DNA of 64,000 nt from Vicugna vicugna (lineage: Eukaryota): contig MU061579.1 in assembly GCA_013265495.1 (NCBI GenBank), positions 4,835,146 through 4,899,145 on the forward strand. The letters are read 5' to 3'. A model generated the notes under the pieces. The model was not told the DNA's origin, ran no database searches, and worked only from the letters and a program-made list of their open reading frames with translations. Every line of letters begins with the position of its first letter. The first letter of the stretch is position 1. Of this stretch, positions 1 through 12,905 are shown in pieces. Made by a program: the position numbers and the translations under genes.

Positions 1-2659
1 ACTGTGATGAAGGCTTGAGTAGGCTCTTCTAGATATAAACTGCCCATTTTAGGAATTAGATAAAATTTTGGTGAGGTTCACATCCCTTCTTGATAGTAGA
101 GGGTCCTAACTGCTGTTCTTATATAAATGGACAACTAACTAACCAAACTTCATCTGAAAGTGAAAACTGTTGGATATATTTTTGAGAAGTGAAGATGGAA
201 AGTGGTATGGCAAGGAACTTGTTATGAAGCCACAGAACTTTCCTCTGAGCTGTTTAACACAAGCAGTCAGTCAAAGATGTCAAGCAGTGTCTATTTTATT
301 ACTTTGCATTCTTGGTGTAATTCTAAAACAGAGACTTCATGAAGAGCCTAAGAATAGATTTTCTTTGTTGTTACCATTCTAACTTCTACTTTCATACCCC
401 TCAACTCCAAATTCTTCTTTTTCACTGAAAGCTGTACACCTTTTAATTCCTTCACATACTCACCTTTTTCCCTGTTACAGCTATTCCGTCTCTGAAAGCC
501 TGGAGCTAATTGGGGTCTGTTGACATGTTCCTCCTTACCTGAATTTAAGTCCTATTCCATTTCTCTGTCTTCTACCATTTTGGTTCTTGGACAATTCCAC
601 CTACTCTCAAACTAAGTTCATTACCATCTAAGACTGCTTGACTATTGCCCCCTGTACCATTTGTTTGGGTACAGATCAACCATTAGTCTATCTAACCATA
701 TGGAAACACTCTCTCTTAAATGTTCTTGAGCTAGTTATATTTTTTCAGCTTTACTCTATTTATGGAGAGATGGCACAAACACACAGAGAAGTCCTCATTT
801 TCTTATTTTTATTCATGTTCATGTGGTAATTTCATTCATATATTTAGTCAGTATTTTCCACCAACACTCTTAAACATTGATGTCATCTTTAACACTTGTG
901 GGGTTTTTCCCTCCTCACTGAGCCATCATAATTTTTCTTTTATTCCCCCTTCTATGCCCAGTCAGGTCTTTATGAACTGGCTACTGGGTTTGAGCAATAG
1001 ACTCCTGCTGGTCTAGCATTTGAGGACCTGTCTTTATAATCAATCAAAACCATCCAAAATCGGACTCACATTCAGAAATACAACCTTGATCACATCTCTC
1101 ACTTTTTCAAACCCCTCAGTTTGTGACCTCTGCTTATGATTCAAGGCTTTGTTAGACATTGAAAGTTCTCTGAAGTCTAGCCTGAATGATCCTTTCTATT
1201 CTTATTTCTCATATGTTCCAGGAGATATCTGACTTCCCTCAAAATAATTGCTTGCTGTTTTTTCTAGGAATATCTTCACATTTCTACTTCTATGTACCTG
1301 TTTAGGTTTTCCCTGGAATTCATTTTTCGCTTCCTTCTATTAAGAACTTTTATTCTTTTCTCAAGGGTCAATTAATACCAATTTTTCAATGAGAAGTTCT
1401 GTTTAATCACTCCATGGAGTGCTCAGTCATGTGAAAGAGGAAGTTTTATAAGCAGTAAATAAGGTCACAGTTAAATAAATGCTGTGGTTGAAGACTTAGT
1501 TCAAGGAAATTAGAATACGATATACAAAGTTATCCCTGCTCTTTGAGCCTTCCTTATCTAGATTATAATTCCTTAAGGTCACAGATAATATCATGCTCCT
1601 CCTCCTCTTTTTCATTTTTATCATTCCCTGTAAATCTTCCAAATAAAATCTGCTCAATATTGTATTATTATTTGATTGCCTAAGTTGGAAGGTGTATTCT
1701 ATAAAGGCTAAGCTCTGGACAGGATTTGTTAATTTAGCACTAACCAATGATTCAAGAAAGCCTTCCAAGACTACATTAAAAAACTCATGTTTTATGCTCT
1801 TAAGTCATCATTAATAAATTACACAAATAACAACCGAAAGGTTTAGACTATCAGGTGCTCTTCTAAATGCTGAAGAAATGGCAGAGGGGAAACAATGCCC
1901 TGCTTTCAATAGATTATGGACTGTTCTTAGCACTTAGATAATTAAAAAATTGTATTTCTTGATTAATATTTATAAAATATTGTATATTTTAATTACATTA
2001 TTAAAATATTTCTACATCTTTTATTCTCTATGTCTACATAACCTCCTCATCCCCAGGGCAGATATTATTTCTCTTTTTCCTCTCCACTGAAGAGGCATTG
2101 CTCATCATAGGGTTTATCACATAGTAAACACTCAGTAAATACAGTATTCGCGGAAACCATGCATAAAATACTTAAATACAAATACGACTATCTATGCAAT
2201 TATTTGTAAGTTAATCTGATGACGAGTTTACTGCTATCCTTTATATGAATGAACTATTTTACTTGAAATAAGAATTTTCTTTTTTCTTCTCTCATTAGAT
2301 TTATTTAAAGGAAAACCTTGTTCCAGATTTTCAGGTTCTCAGGGTTCCTGTTGATCAAAGAAGTTATCATTTACTAATGAAAGAGTGTTTCCAGAGGTCA
2401 TTTGTGTTTTCTAAAATCAGGTTGACTGGTATTAAAAACTTAACACAGATGCTGAAACAGTAAAAAAAAAAAAATCACATGCTTCTATTAATCTATCAAT
2501 AGACTACTGAATTGTCTCTGATATTAATTGCCTTTGAAAAAGACAACAGCCCATGTATCAGTAATTCTCAACCTGTCAGGATAAGTAATTCTCAACATTA
2601 AAACTAACTTGGTTGGAGGAGGGGAGATAATATTCAGGTTATTTTGACCTTGAAGTCAT

Positions 2660-3475
2660 TTCGGACTGCTCTCTTTCTCTCACACTGCTTATCCAATCCA
2701 TTAGCAAATCCTTCCAGCATTACCATTAAAACAGACTCAGAGTCCAAACAGTCTCACAACCTCCACTGTTCCTAGTCCAGTTAGAGCCACCACAATCCCT
2801 AACCTGGACTCAAAAAACAGCCTTCTGACATGTCTCCTGCTTCCACACTGGAAGACTTTCTCCTTTGCAGAAATCATGATGATCCTTTAAAAATCTGGGT
2901 CAACATTGTCACCCTACTGTTCCAAATTGTGCCTGGTTTCTCAACTCATTCCGAATAAAATTTATGCTGTCTAGGTAACCTGCTGTCTCTCTGATGTCAT
3001 CTGCGGTCACTCCTCCCCTTGCCTCAACCACACTGGTCTCCTCAAGTGGGGTCCAAGGTTTCAAACATGCCTAAAGCCCTCTCAGAGCATTTGTGAGTTC
3101 TTTACATGGCTGAATACACCTTTCTCCCAGAAAATCATGAAATGTTTGGCGCCTTCACTTTCTTCCACCTGTATTTAAATGTAATTATCCAAGAGGGCTT
3201 CTTGGACCAAATTATATGAAACAGCATTCCCTCTACACCATTTATGTTCTATTCTGTAGCATTTCTTTGCCATCATTCATTCACCACTTGCCTTATCACG
3301 TTTTCTCATTTATATAAATATATATAAATCAAACATTAAAAATAATATTTTTCCTGGGTACTTGCCACCCTCTACAATAGAACCTCTGTCAGGAAAGAAA
3401 TGTTGTTTTGTTCACTTCTGTATCACCAAAGTCTGGAAGGATGGCTTGTAAAATGTAGGTAATTAATATTACTTT
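2660..3475 (+). mobile_element. Ancient LINE-2 3' fragment (boundaries approximate)
   Basis: Degenerate L2-like tracts (ttatccaatccattagcaaatcc…, ttgttttgttcacttctgtatcacca…gtaggtaattaatatt), recognised by eye. Confidence 0.55.
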
Positions 3476-3485
3476 TTAAAAAATT

Positions 3486-3612
3486 GGGGGAGGAGGTAAT
3501 CAGGTTTGTTTGTTTGTTTGTTTGTTCATTATTTTTTTAAAGGTAATACTGGGGATTGAACCTAGGACCTCGTGCATGCAAGGCATGCCCTCTACCAGCT
3601 ATACCTTCCCCC
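3486..3612 (-). mobile_element. tRNA-derived SINE (camelid Vic-type)
   Basis: Minus strand reads GGGGGAAGGTATAGCTGGTAGAGGGCATGCCTTGCATGCACGAGGTCCTAGGTTCAATCCCCAG (tRNA-Ala-like A/B boxes), then an A-rich/(AAAC)n tail and CCTGATTACCTCC. Same family as 24943-25087. Confidence 0.85.
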
Positions 3613-6479
3613 TTAATGCTATTTTTTTAATGCTTAAAAATCTTTCTTATTGAAAACTGAAAGACTCTTTACTTTTTATTTAAATTATTCTAATTTGAAA
3701 GTTTTCTATTTAATTTCAAGTAAGAATGGCATGTTTACATGAAACAATTTAAATGAAATAGACATTTTTATATTCCATATTTCACCCACTGTGAAGGAAT
3801 ATGCTTCTGTGCTTATACAAATGAGCTAAAATAAAATATATATCACAATAGCCTAATGTCCAATGGAATAAATATATCTCTAGATTTCTAGATATAAGTC
3901 ATGAAATAGAAGATACAGCTGTCTCAAAAGAATTCTAGAACTTAAAAGGGAAAATATTTTTTTTAGGCATAAATCTTTCCCATAGTTTGTAAAAGCAATA
4001 GTAATTTATTAAAATTATTTCCTATTTTTGTGTTATTTTGCATTCCTCATTCTTTAAATTGTATACCTTATGCATTTGAATATATACAGCTTTATAATGT
4101 CATGTAATACAAAATGCTTTGCAATGTTTGTGATTATCTACAGTTAGTGGCAATGAAGGTATCTAGTACTCTCATTATGAACTACTCTGTCTTAAAGAAG
4201 TCCTATATTTAAAAAAATTTTAGTTGGTAAAATGTGACAGGAAAACAGATAAAATATATGCCTGCAAAAATGTGTTTGTGTATGTGTCTGTGTGTGTGTG
4301 TGTATGCGCTTGTGTGTGTGGAAAGAGAAAAAGAGAGTTGTTTTACTATTCACACAAAATAAAAGTTACAACATATATAGTATCTTAGGAAGAGTTTTAC
4401 TGTTATCTTATTATAATCCAGTTGAGCTCTATAAAAATTCTCAGAATGTATAACATAAAAGCCAGTATTATTTATGATTTCTACTGCTTCAACATTTACT
4501 GTCAAGATCTTTATGACAGAAAAATCTACTGTCTATATTCAGCTGTTTCCAATAATCTCTCTCCCTTTTTAATGTTATAGTCTTTTCTAAGGATGAACTT
4601 AGTATTTCACTGTGTGAAGTGTCAAGGCTTGCCAGCAATTCAAGTCCATTTCACTAGGAGTAGATATATGAAACTTCATGCTTCCTAGCTGTGCATATAT
4701 ACTCACCTGTTAAAGAGAAATATTATGATGTCTTTCTTTGATATAAAATACTGAAAAGACTTTCTGTTTCAATGCTAACTTTAACTAGTATGGTGAAACC
4801 ATTATAGTATGTGTAAAAGTAAATCTGTTACATGAGGGAATGTAGATCGTACCATTTTTAATGTTATTTCAATCTCTAATTTTCTGAATCATTAAGTACA
4901 TACTATATTAATATTGGATTGTGGGGGAAAATCACTACATCTGCATAATCTCTAATACTAGTCATTAAATTATCGGAGACATGGACTTGTCAGTGACATT
5001 GCATTTCCTAGAATTTGACTGGAGTTATATACTTCTGAATAAAGTAAAATGGAAAGTTAATATTTTCTGAATTGCTGAAAATTAATAGGAAAACTAATCT
5101 ACAGTCTTATTTTAAAAATATTTTTGATACCTGAAGAGTGAAACGACTGCTACAGTCATATGATTATCTTCATTATTTTATCCATTCATCATCTAAGATT
5201 GATTTAACCATCATTTTGTAATTTTGTGTTCAGTAGTTGTTTAAAGGCATTGCTCATATAAAAAGTTATCAAATCATACAAAATATACAACACCTTGAAA
5301 TAACCACAATAAGAAATAAAAACATCTTGAATTATTTAAATCTCAGAAACCTCCAATATATAAAATATTCTGTATCAGAACACCAGCTCAAATGTCACAG
5401 TATATACATTCCCGATTGAAAATACATACCTCCATTTTTTCTTGGAATAGGTACTGAGAGCAATCATTTCGATTGGATTACTAAGATGAATGGCATTTGT
5501 TGAAATGATAAGGCAAATGAGAGAATGAGAAAGAGATGTAGCAGATGAAATATCAGAAAGGAAGAAAAAACAAGAACTTTACTATATTTGATCAAATTTA
5601 GTATATAGATATATAGATACACAGATATATAATGCTATTGTTAATATAAATGATTGTGAGAATAATTAGATAAGTGGTCAGATTTCATGAAATTGAGAAT
5701 ATTTCTCCTAATTCACTGAAAACTGGTTCATTTGATTATGATTAGTATTTCTGAAATATGTCCACTTCTAAGTAGACGCACATGTAACAATAGTTAGATG
5801 AATGACACAGAATGTGCAAAAATCTAGTTTTTCTATCTAAAAACCATTATAATACACATTTATTATTGTGTGGGTTCCTTTTATCAGATTAGGTACTTAC
5901 AATATAGATTATTCTCTTAGATAACTAAGGTACCTTTTCTTAAAAAATAGAACTGGCAAAAGCACTATCGGGTTTGACACACCATGTCGGTCATGCCCAA
6001 CAAAGTCATGACTGACAGCCTGCCTAGGGCCTCAGGGACAAGTCTTTAGAAGAAGGGTAGTGTCCAAAGGCAGAGTTCAAGGAAAAGGTCTGGAACAGAG
6101 CAAGACTAATACCTCAGAGGGTAACAAAAACTGCCAAGGTCAAATTAAAATCAATCTATCAGTTTATAGGCAACTCATGTGGCAAAGACAAGGCCAGAGC
6201 TCCATGATTCTGCTCCACACAGCCAATGAAACACCATTTTTATAAATTCTGTACAGAGGAGTGTGATATCTTGTAACAGTAACTGATAAGCTGTAAATCT
6301 GTTTCAGGTGTTTTGAGATGCTCTCTCTCTCCCTATTCAAGGAAGACTTCATTTTTGTAGAATTATATTTTGTGTAACGTTCAGTGTTCCTTGGGAATTT
6401 TTTCACAGTTATCTTTAAAGGTGCTAATCCCATATTTTGTAATCTGTACTGTGTCATAATGTTAGAACTGTGTGAAGGA

Positions 6480-6660
6480 TACCATTGGCTTTAAGATAAG
6501 ACTGGTTTGAATCACATTTCTGCTACTTACTCATCGGATGACCCTGAGCTGTTTATTTTACACCGCTGGGCTTTGGTTTTACCATCTCAAAACAGTGATG
6601 ATAATAAATGGCCTGCAATGTTGCTATTAAAAAGAACTGAGAAAACAAAGGTACAACATT
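6480..6660 (+). mobile_element. MIR SINE fragment
   Basis: MIR core-like text: ggtttgaatcacatttctgctacttact…gggctttggttttaccatctcaaaacagtgatgataata. Confidence 0.5.
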
Positions 6661-9600
6661 TAAATTGAGGCTAGAGAAGAGCTATAGTACCATTATTTTA
6701 TTGTACATTTCTCTGACAGCTTAGTTCAGGAACAATCATACAATCACCACAACTCTCTCTGGTGCTGAAGATGAAAATCACAGCACTAGGATGCCATATA
6801 GCTTTCATCTCACGTGTTAATGCCAATATATTCCTAATGGTTACATAGTGCACCATGTCAAGAAAAGTTTTGGAGTTCATTAACGACTACCATGAAGTGT
6901 TTTCTATAATTGGTGGAAAAGGCTGATAGCACAACTATATATGTTGACCCTTAAATGGAATGTTTAATTAAATTAATCTAATTGAAAAGTTTTCCATCAA
7001 TCTAAATCACTTTAATTTGAAGTGTTTATAATAATTATTTAAGTGCTATGTAAGTGGAAAATTAGCTATGTCACAAGGCTCATATAAGTACACTTAGGCA
7101 AAATAAGTCAAATATTTTGATTTTTCAACACTGCCAGTATCAGCAAAACGTCAATCACTCAGATTTTTTTTAAAAATGTGGAAGCAGTTCCTTCCCTGGA
7201 TATCTTTGTACCTTCTCTTGGAAACAAGAAGAGTGATCCTAGAGCCGCGATTCTCAGCTCAGCTCTAAGCAATAGAAAAGCAGTGGATTTTTTTTAATAT
7301 TATAAATGCAGGTAATGACATAGAATAACCTGATGCAGTAGGTTAAAGCAGTTAATACTGTGTATTTTTCAAAACTCCAAAGATAATTCTAAAACAAAGG
7401 CTGGTTAAGAAGCATTGCTTTACAGCCTTGGAAAATACATTTTTATTATGAAATTGATAAATCAGAGTTGTAATTTTCTTTCCTAATTTGGTAATGACCA
7501 ACTTCTTACACATTAAAGCCATCATTAAAATTAAGTTATAAAGCTTTACTTTTCACTAAAAATTATAAATTGTATTATATTTAATTATTTTATTTTTTAT
7601 TAATTTTATGACTATCTTCAGGCTCTGCTCTTCTCTTTCCTTCTCTTTCCCTGTCTCCTGTTTAACCAACACATACTAACTGTTGGTCTTGATAATAGTA
7701 AATACTAAACTGTAAATTCTCAATATTAATAAATTTTAGTGTGTATAATTTTCAAATTCTTCATGTTTTCCTCTTGTATGATACCAGTATTGACTGAAAT
7801 TATAATTATTCCATAAGGAAACTGCATCTTAATTCTGATATTGTTTGGTAGTCCTATGTGTTATATTACTATAAAATACTGTCTTACTCATTTTTTCTTT
7901 CTTAGACCAAAAGCTATGAAGTTGCATATTCATTAGTTTCTAAGTTTCAATTTTATTGTTGGAAATGTTTCAGTGAATTTAGTCAGCATTATATAGCATT
8001 TTTGATGCCACAACAATAAATAATGATGTCATTTTAATTGTATTTCTAATAAATTCTTCCTGAAATTTTTCTGGATATGGTGAAAATACAGCTGTAACAA
8101 CTTTAGAATTAATATTTTACAATATTCCTTTGTTTTTTCATTCACTTCACTTAATTCCTGGTGTTTCTTTTCTTTTCTCAGAAATAAACACATACATATA
8201 TAATCATAATCATATGTATTTATATATGGATATGTTTATAAATTTTTATAAACACAAATATACACACAATTTGGGGGACAAGATTTTTAGCCCATATGAA
8301 TTCAATAAGGCACTCAATCATACCGCAGGTACAATAATAAATCTTCCTTAAATACCTGATTGACTGGTTTTAATGACAGAGTTGATCATTACTATAAAAA
8401 TAAATAATAAAAATAGAAATATATAAACAAATGTATGGTAACAATGTATAAGTTAATAATTTAAAAACCCATATATAAATAATAAACAAAGGCTAAATTC
8501 CTTGACATTGCATACAAGTGCCTTTGTACCCCCTACTTCCCTAACTCCGCTCTCTCTGCTCTTACAGTCTGGGCCATGTTAAACTACTCACATTACTCCT
8601 GATTCTTCATACTCTCCTACCTTCAAATCCTTCTTCATTATGATTTCTCTGGAAAAACAGTCACTCAGACCTCTTGTGTTGGTCTATAATTTCTCCTGAT
8701 TCAGTACTGACATATCGTCCTTTGAGACGCCATTTCTAAAATTTCTGAGCTGGCGACTCTAATGCTTCTGAGAGTTTGCAAAACACTTTGTGCATAATTG
8801 TCTCACAGAACATGTCTCCCTGGACAACAAGAGTCTGATTATTTGTCTGGACTGAGTATTAGTGATTTCCCAAAATATTATTGAGCATCTAAAGGAATTT
8901 TTTTAAACATTAGGCCTACTGTAAAATTTCCTTAGACATTAGACCTGTGCTGAGTTAGATATACTTTGGTCAGGAATGTGAGAGAAATTGTTTGACCAAA
9001 AAAAAACTGAAGTGTAAAATCTGGCATTAAATATCCGAAACACAATCTGTAAAAATACTAAAATGCAGAAAAGCTGCTTTTTAAAATGTTAGGGAAATGA
9101 AACTTTTCAATCCTTAAATCTGTAAAACATGGCAATTGAAAGAGGAGGCAGGCAGATGATGCCAGGATTTTACACATGTCTACAGGGCTTCTGTGGGATA
9201 CATAACGATTTCAGTAAAAATACGGATATATTGTGAGAGAGAGTATAGTGAAATGATTAACGTTGGGATGGGCTCAAGGGATCCCACTATACAGGACCTG
9301 TGTTTTTATCCCAAATTCTGAACGAGACGGAGTCAACAGATAGAGAACCAAAATATTTCTTTTCCTATGAAAAAGTTTAATTTGAAGGTCCTAGATAAAT
9401 ATGAGCAAGTAAACATTTTATTCTTTAGTACAGATTTTGGTATCACCCACCAGAGAGGTAGCTTGATTCTGTAGAGCAGACACGCTTGTCAAATCAGTGA
9501 GGAAAGAGAGAGAGAGAGAGAAAGAGAGACATTTCCCATTGCTGCCCATAATTGCAGGTCTCTCCTAGATTGTATATGTTGAGGAATAGTTGTGACCTAC

Positions 9601-10645
9601 CAGCTAAGTGGTACCTTTCCCTCTATGGGATTCAGTAAGGAGTCAGGCAAAAAAATAAAAATAAATAAATAAAAAAAATCAAGAATATTTATCGGAACTC
9701 AATAAGCCATTAGCATAGATTTTGTTCTAACCTTTTGAATTTGCTCCTTTGAGTATGGTACGGTGACACTAGTAGGAAGAAATACATATTTTCTTTCAGA
9801 AAGCTCCAAAATTGGTTAACACATCCCATTAAGTAAACCAACAATAAAGTCACTATGATAAAAGTTGAAATTGTTTGCCTATCACATTTCTCAGCTCATA
9901 CTATAACTAGCCAAGTTGCATGTTTTCCACTCTAGCCTATTGCGAGTTTTGCAAAGAGATCAATGATGTAATAAAGACACAAGTAATAAGATGCACTCAT
10001 TTGAATATAAACATTATAATACTAGTCAAATAGTCAGTCTGACTCAAAATTTAAAGTCAAACATTCAATCCCATTGCAATCAATGAAGCTTTGTATTTTT
10101 CTCCCTGAAAAGATCCAGCTGTCTCAGGACCTCTGAATTGAATTTATTCCATGACAAGTCTCTCCTCTCATTTTTAAAGATAGCAAAGAGATAATAGATC
10201 ACATATGATTTTCATTACACTAGCACCACAAACTCCAATTTAAAAGTCCAGGCCAGTTGCCAGATTGTTGAGCAGTTTTCCCAGCAAAATGTCTATACAA
10301 CATCCCAGCATTTAGTGTTGACAAAAACTCTAGCAGAAATTCAGCATTACCTGAGAAAAGGAGAAAGAGAAAATATTCTTAATTTGTTTCTTACCTGGAA
10401 GCCACAGTTTCAGCTGGTTATCCAGAATCCATGACCACTGAACTTTTATTCAAATTGGAGAAAGCCCCCAGGGAAAACATGGTTGGCATGATGGATTATC
10501 CCAGCTAGAAGAGGGGAAGCATCTCTTCCTATTCTTTCCTCTCAGACAGTGGCTTTTGTGACATTTCTGCTGTATCACCTTGACACCCCCTTGGAGTTTG
10601 TGCTTAGCCCGTATTGTCCCCTACTGTTACCTAAAGCCAAGAGGC

Positions 10646-11060
10646 TGTTACGGAAACAACAGGCCAGCCAAGAAACAAGCACCACTCGGAGGGTTGGAGT
10701 ACTCAGATGTATTACGCCGGTGGGCTCAGAGGGGCTTCTGCTCCGAAGCTCTGAGCACCTCCAAGACGTGCACATGAGGTTCTATAGGGTAAAGTACCAA
10801 GCTTGGGGTATTCGGCCAATAGGCATGGAACAGCTTTAGCAGCATCATTATCACAAAAGTGGAGGCAGGGAGGCAGCAAACCAACATTCCAAAGCCAGAT
10901 ATATATCTTTGAAAATCCAGCTGGCTAGCAAAAAAGCATGAACAACAAACCAACACTAATTAACTTAGATTTACAAGTTAGTCCAGCAGAACTCAGATCA
11001 GTATTCTGATACTTGGATTTGTGAGTTATCTTGTTAGACCAGCCTGGCTTTTCCTTCACA
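10646..11060 (-). repeat. 3' LTR (415 bp)
   Basis: Begins TGTTACGGAAA and ends CCTTCACA; direct repeat of 16083-16495 (manual count ~22 substitutions and two 1-nt indels, ~94% identity). Confidence 0.97.
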
Positions 11061-11072
11061 TTGCCCCCTCTT
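11061..11072 (-). other. Polypurine tract (PPT)
   Basis: Minus strand AAGAGGGGGCAA directly abuts the TG of the 3' LTR. Confidence 0.9.
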
Positions 11073-11087
11073 GATGCTTTCACAACC

Positions 11088-11701
11088 CTAGTTGGAGTAA
11101 GCATCATCACTTATCTGTTGCAGGGGCTCATAATTGGAGGCTAACATCTGAAGTTTTATAGCCTCTATCCGCTCACTGACAAAGCAGGTCAGGAAGTTTA
11201 GGACACAGGGCCCAAATAGCAGAACTGCAAAAATCAGGAGCAAGGGACCTATGAACGGTGCCAGCCAGGAGATCCAGCCCTAGGGGGCTGTCCATGGGCT
11301 CTTATCTAAAATATGTTTTCTCTTTTTCACTTGGTCTTCTAACTCTTGAACCATCCCTCTAATAATTCCTGATTGGCATAAAAACAGCACTCTTCATTTA
11401 GGAAGAGGCATAGTCCCCCCTCTTTGGCTGTGAGTAGGTCCAGACCCCTCCTGTTTTGTAAGACCATCTCGGCAAGAGAGTCAGTCTGATTTTGCAGAAT
11501 TCCCAGGGTTTCTGCTATTCGTTGGAGATCGTGGCTGAATTCACCTATAAGCTGATAATAGTAATAAGAGGAAGAGGCTATGCCACCGATTCCTGTGCCT
11601 ATGTTCCAGTCAGGTGGGGCGGCGCTAGCTAGCCCCACTGCTAATACGCAGACTAGTATAGCAAACAAGGAAAGAGGCAAGGGAGCACAAAGGAAATACA
11701 T
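11088..11701 (-). pseudogene. env: env remnant: signal peptide fused to TM subunit (SU deleted); frameshift and stop before the membrane anchor
   Basis: ORF 11701-11339 has a hydrophobic N-terminus, a fusion-peptide tail IGTGIGGIAS, the immunosuppressive domain LQNRRGLDLLTAKEGGL and CX6CC (CLFLNEECC). A shifted frame continues GIIRGMVQELEDQ…WISWLAPFIGPLLLIFAVLLFGPCVLNFLTCFVSERIEAIKLQM…, ending at the stop at 11088. Confidence 0.93.
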
Positions 11702-11724
11702 TTAACAGCTTCATTGAGCTTTTC

Positions 11725-12828
11725 TCAAGCTTCGGCCATGCGTTGACTAGCCAGCTTCTGGGTGTGGCTAGAGCAGGGCTTGTCGATCCTTTTCTGGTCC
11801 CTCTTGATCTTGATCTTGAGCGGGTCTCCCGGGACACACTCAATTTTCCAGGGACCCTCTGTCTGAGGTGAAGTCACTCTCTTAACCCTGGATTGGTGGA
11901 TCCAAGGGATGATTCCTGCAACTTTAGCAGCTGTAGGGGTAGTTAATACCACTAAATATGGTCCCTTCCATGTTGGTTTGAGAGGTTTCTTTTTCCAATC
12001 CTTCACCCATACTTGGTCACCTGGTTTATGGGGATGCACTTGGACCCCTAACAAAATGGGGGTTCTCTCTACTACCCAATCCCAAACTTCTCGTAGTACT
12101 TGTCCTAGTCCCAACAGTTGTTGGTGGAGCCCTAAATTTCCTATTTCTGGGGTGGGATTTCCCATCCTGACTAAAGGTGGTGGTCACCCATAGAGGATTT
12201 CAAAGGGAGAGTACCCAATATTAAATCTTAGGGTGCATCTAATTCACAACAGAGCCAGGGGTAAAATGCCCACCCAGGGGAGCTGGGTTTCTTGGCTGAT
12301 TTTAGCTATCATTTGTTTTAGAGTTCTGTTCATTCATTTTACCTTCCCTGAGCTTTGAGGCCGGTATGCTGTGGGCAGGTTCCAGCGGATGCTCAGTGCC
12401 TTTACCACTTGCTGTACAATTTCTGCCACGAACATGGGTCCATGGTCACACCCGATGGAAGTAGGCATTCCAAATCGAGGGATAACATCCCTGAGGAGAG
12501 CCTTTGCCACTTCCCTTGCTTTCTCTGTCCTGGTCGGGTAGGCTTCTAACCACCCTGTGAAGGTGCAGACAAAAACCAGCAGGTACTTATATCCCTTACT
12601 GGGCCCAAGTTCAGTAAAGTCCACTTCTAAATCTTCGAAGGGAGCCAATCTGCATTGTTGTATTCCCATTGGCCCAGTGAACCCTTGTTTTGGATTGTTT
12701 TGTGCACAGAGCAAGCAGCGTTGGGGAACTGATACGCACAGAGTAGGGAGACGAGAAATTAGGAAATACCGCTTTAAGAGGGCCTCCAAAGCCGTTTTTC
12801 CCATAAGTGTGGCTTTGTGTTGTTGTTG
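11725..12828 (-). pseudogene. pol: Retroviral integrase (pol 3' part), disrupted
   Basis: Degenerate HHCC zinc domain (HKATLMG…CLLC), LEVDFTE, YLLVFVCTFTGWLEAYPT, CDHGP and AYRPQSSGKVK* (catalytic Glu lost, premature stop). C-terminus GDQVWVK…WKGPYLVVLTTPTAAKVAGIIPWIH. Confidence 0.95.
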
Positions 12829-12905
12829 AAAAGTCATTGGTTGGCCCCCTATATATATCTGGGCCTTGGGCTCCCAAGGGCCCAGGGGCAGGGAGCCGGT
12901 CTCTC
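12829..12905 (-). pseudogene. pro: Protease N-terminal stub (ends just before the DTG active site)
   Basis: After the gag TAG, with a 1-nt frameshift, it reads GSLPLGPWEPKAQIYIGGQPMTF and then joins directly to integrase QQQHKAT. Confidence 0.85.

Noticed and set aside
10549..11110. ORFs repeated at 10.5-11.1 kb and 16.0-16.4 kb that look like a duplicated gene
   Set aside because: They are chance ORFs within the two LTR copies.
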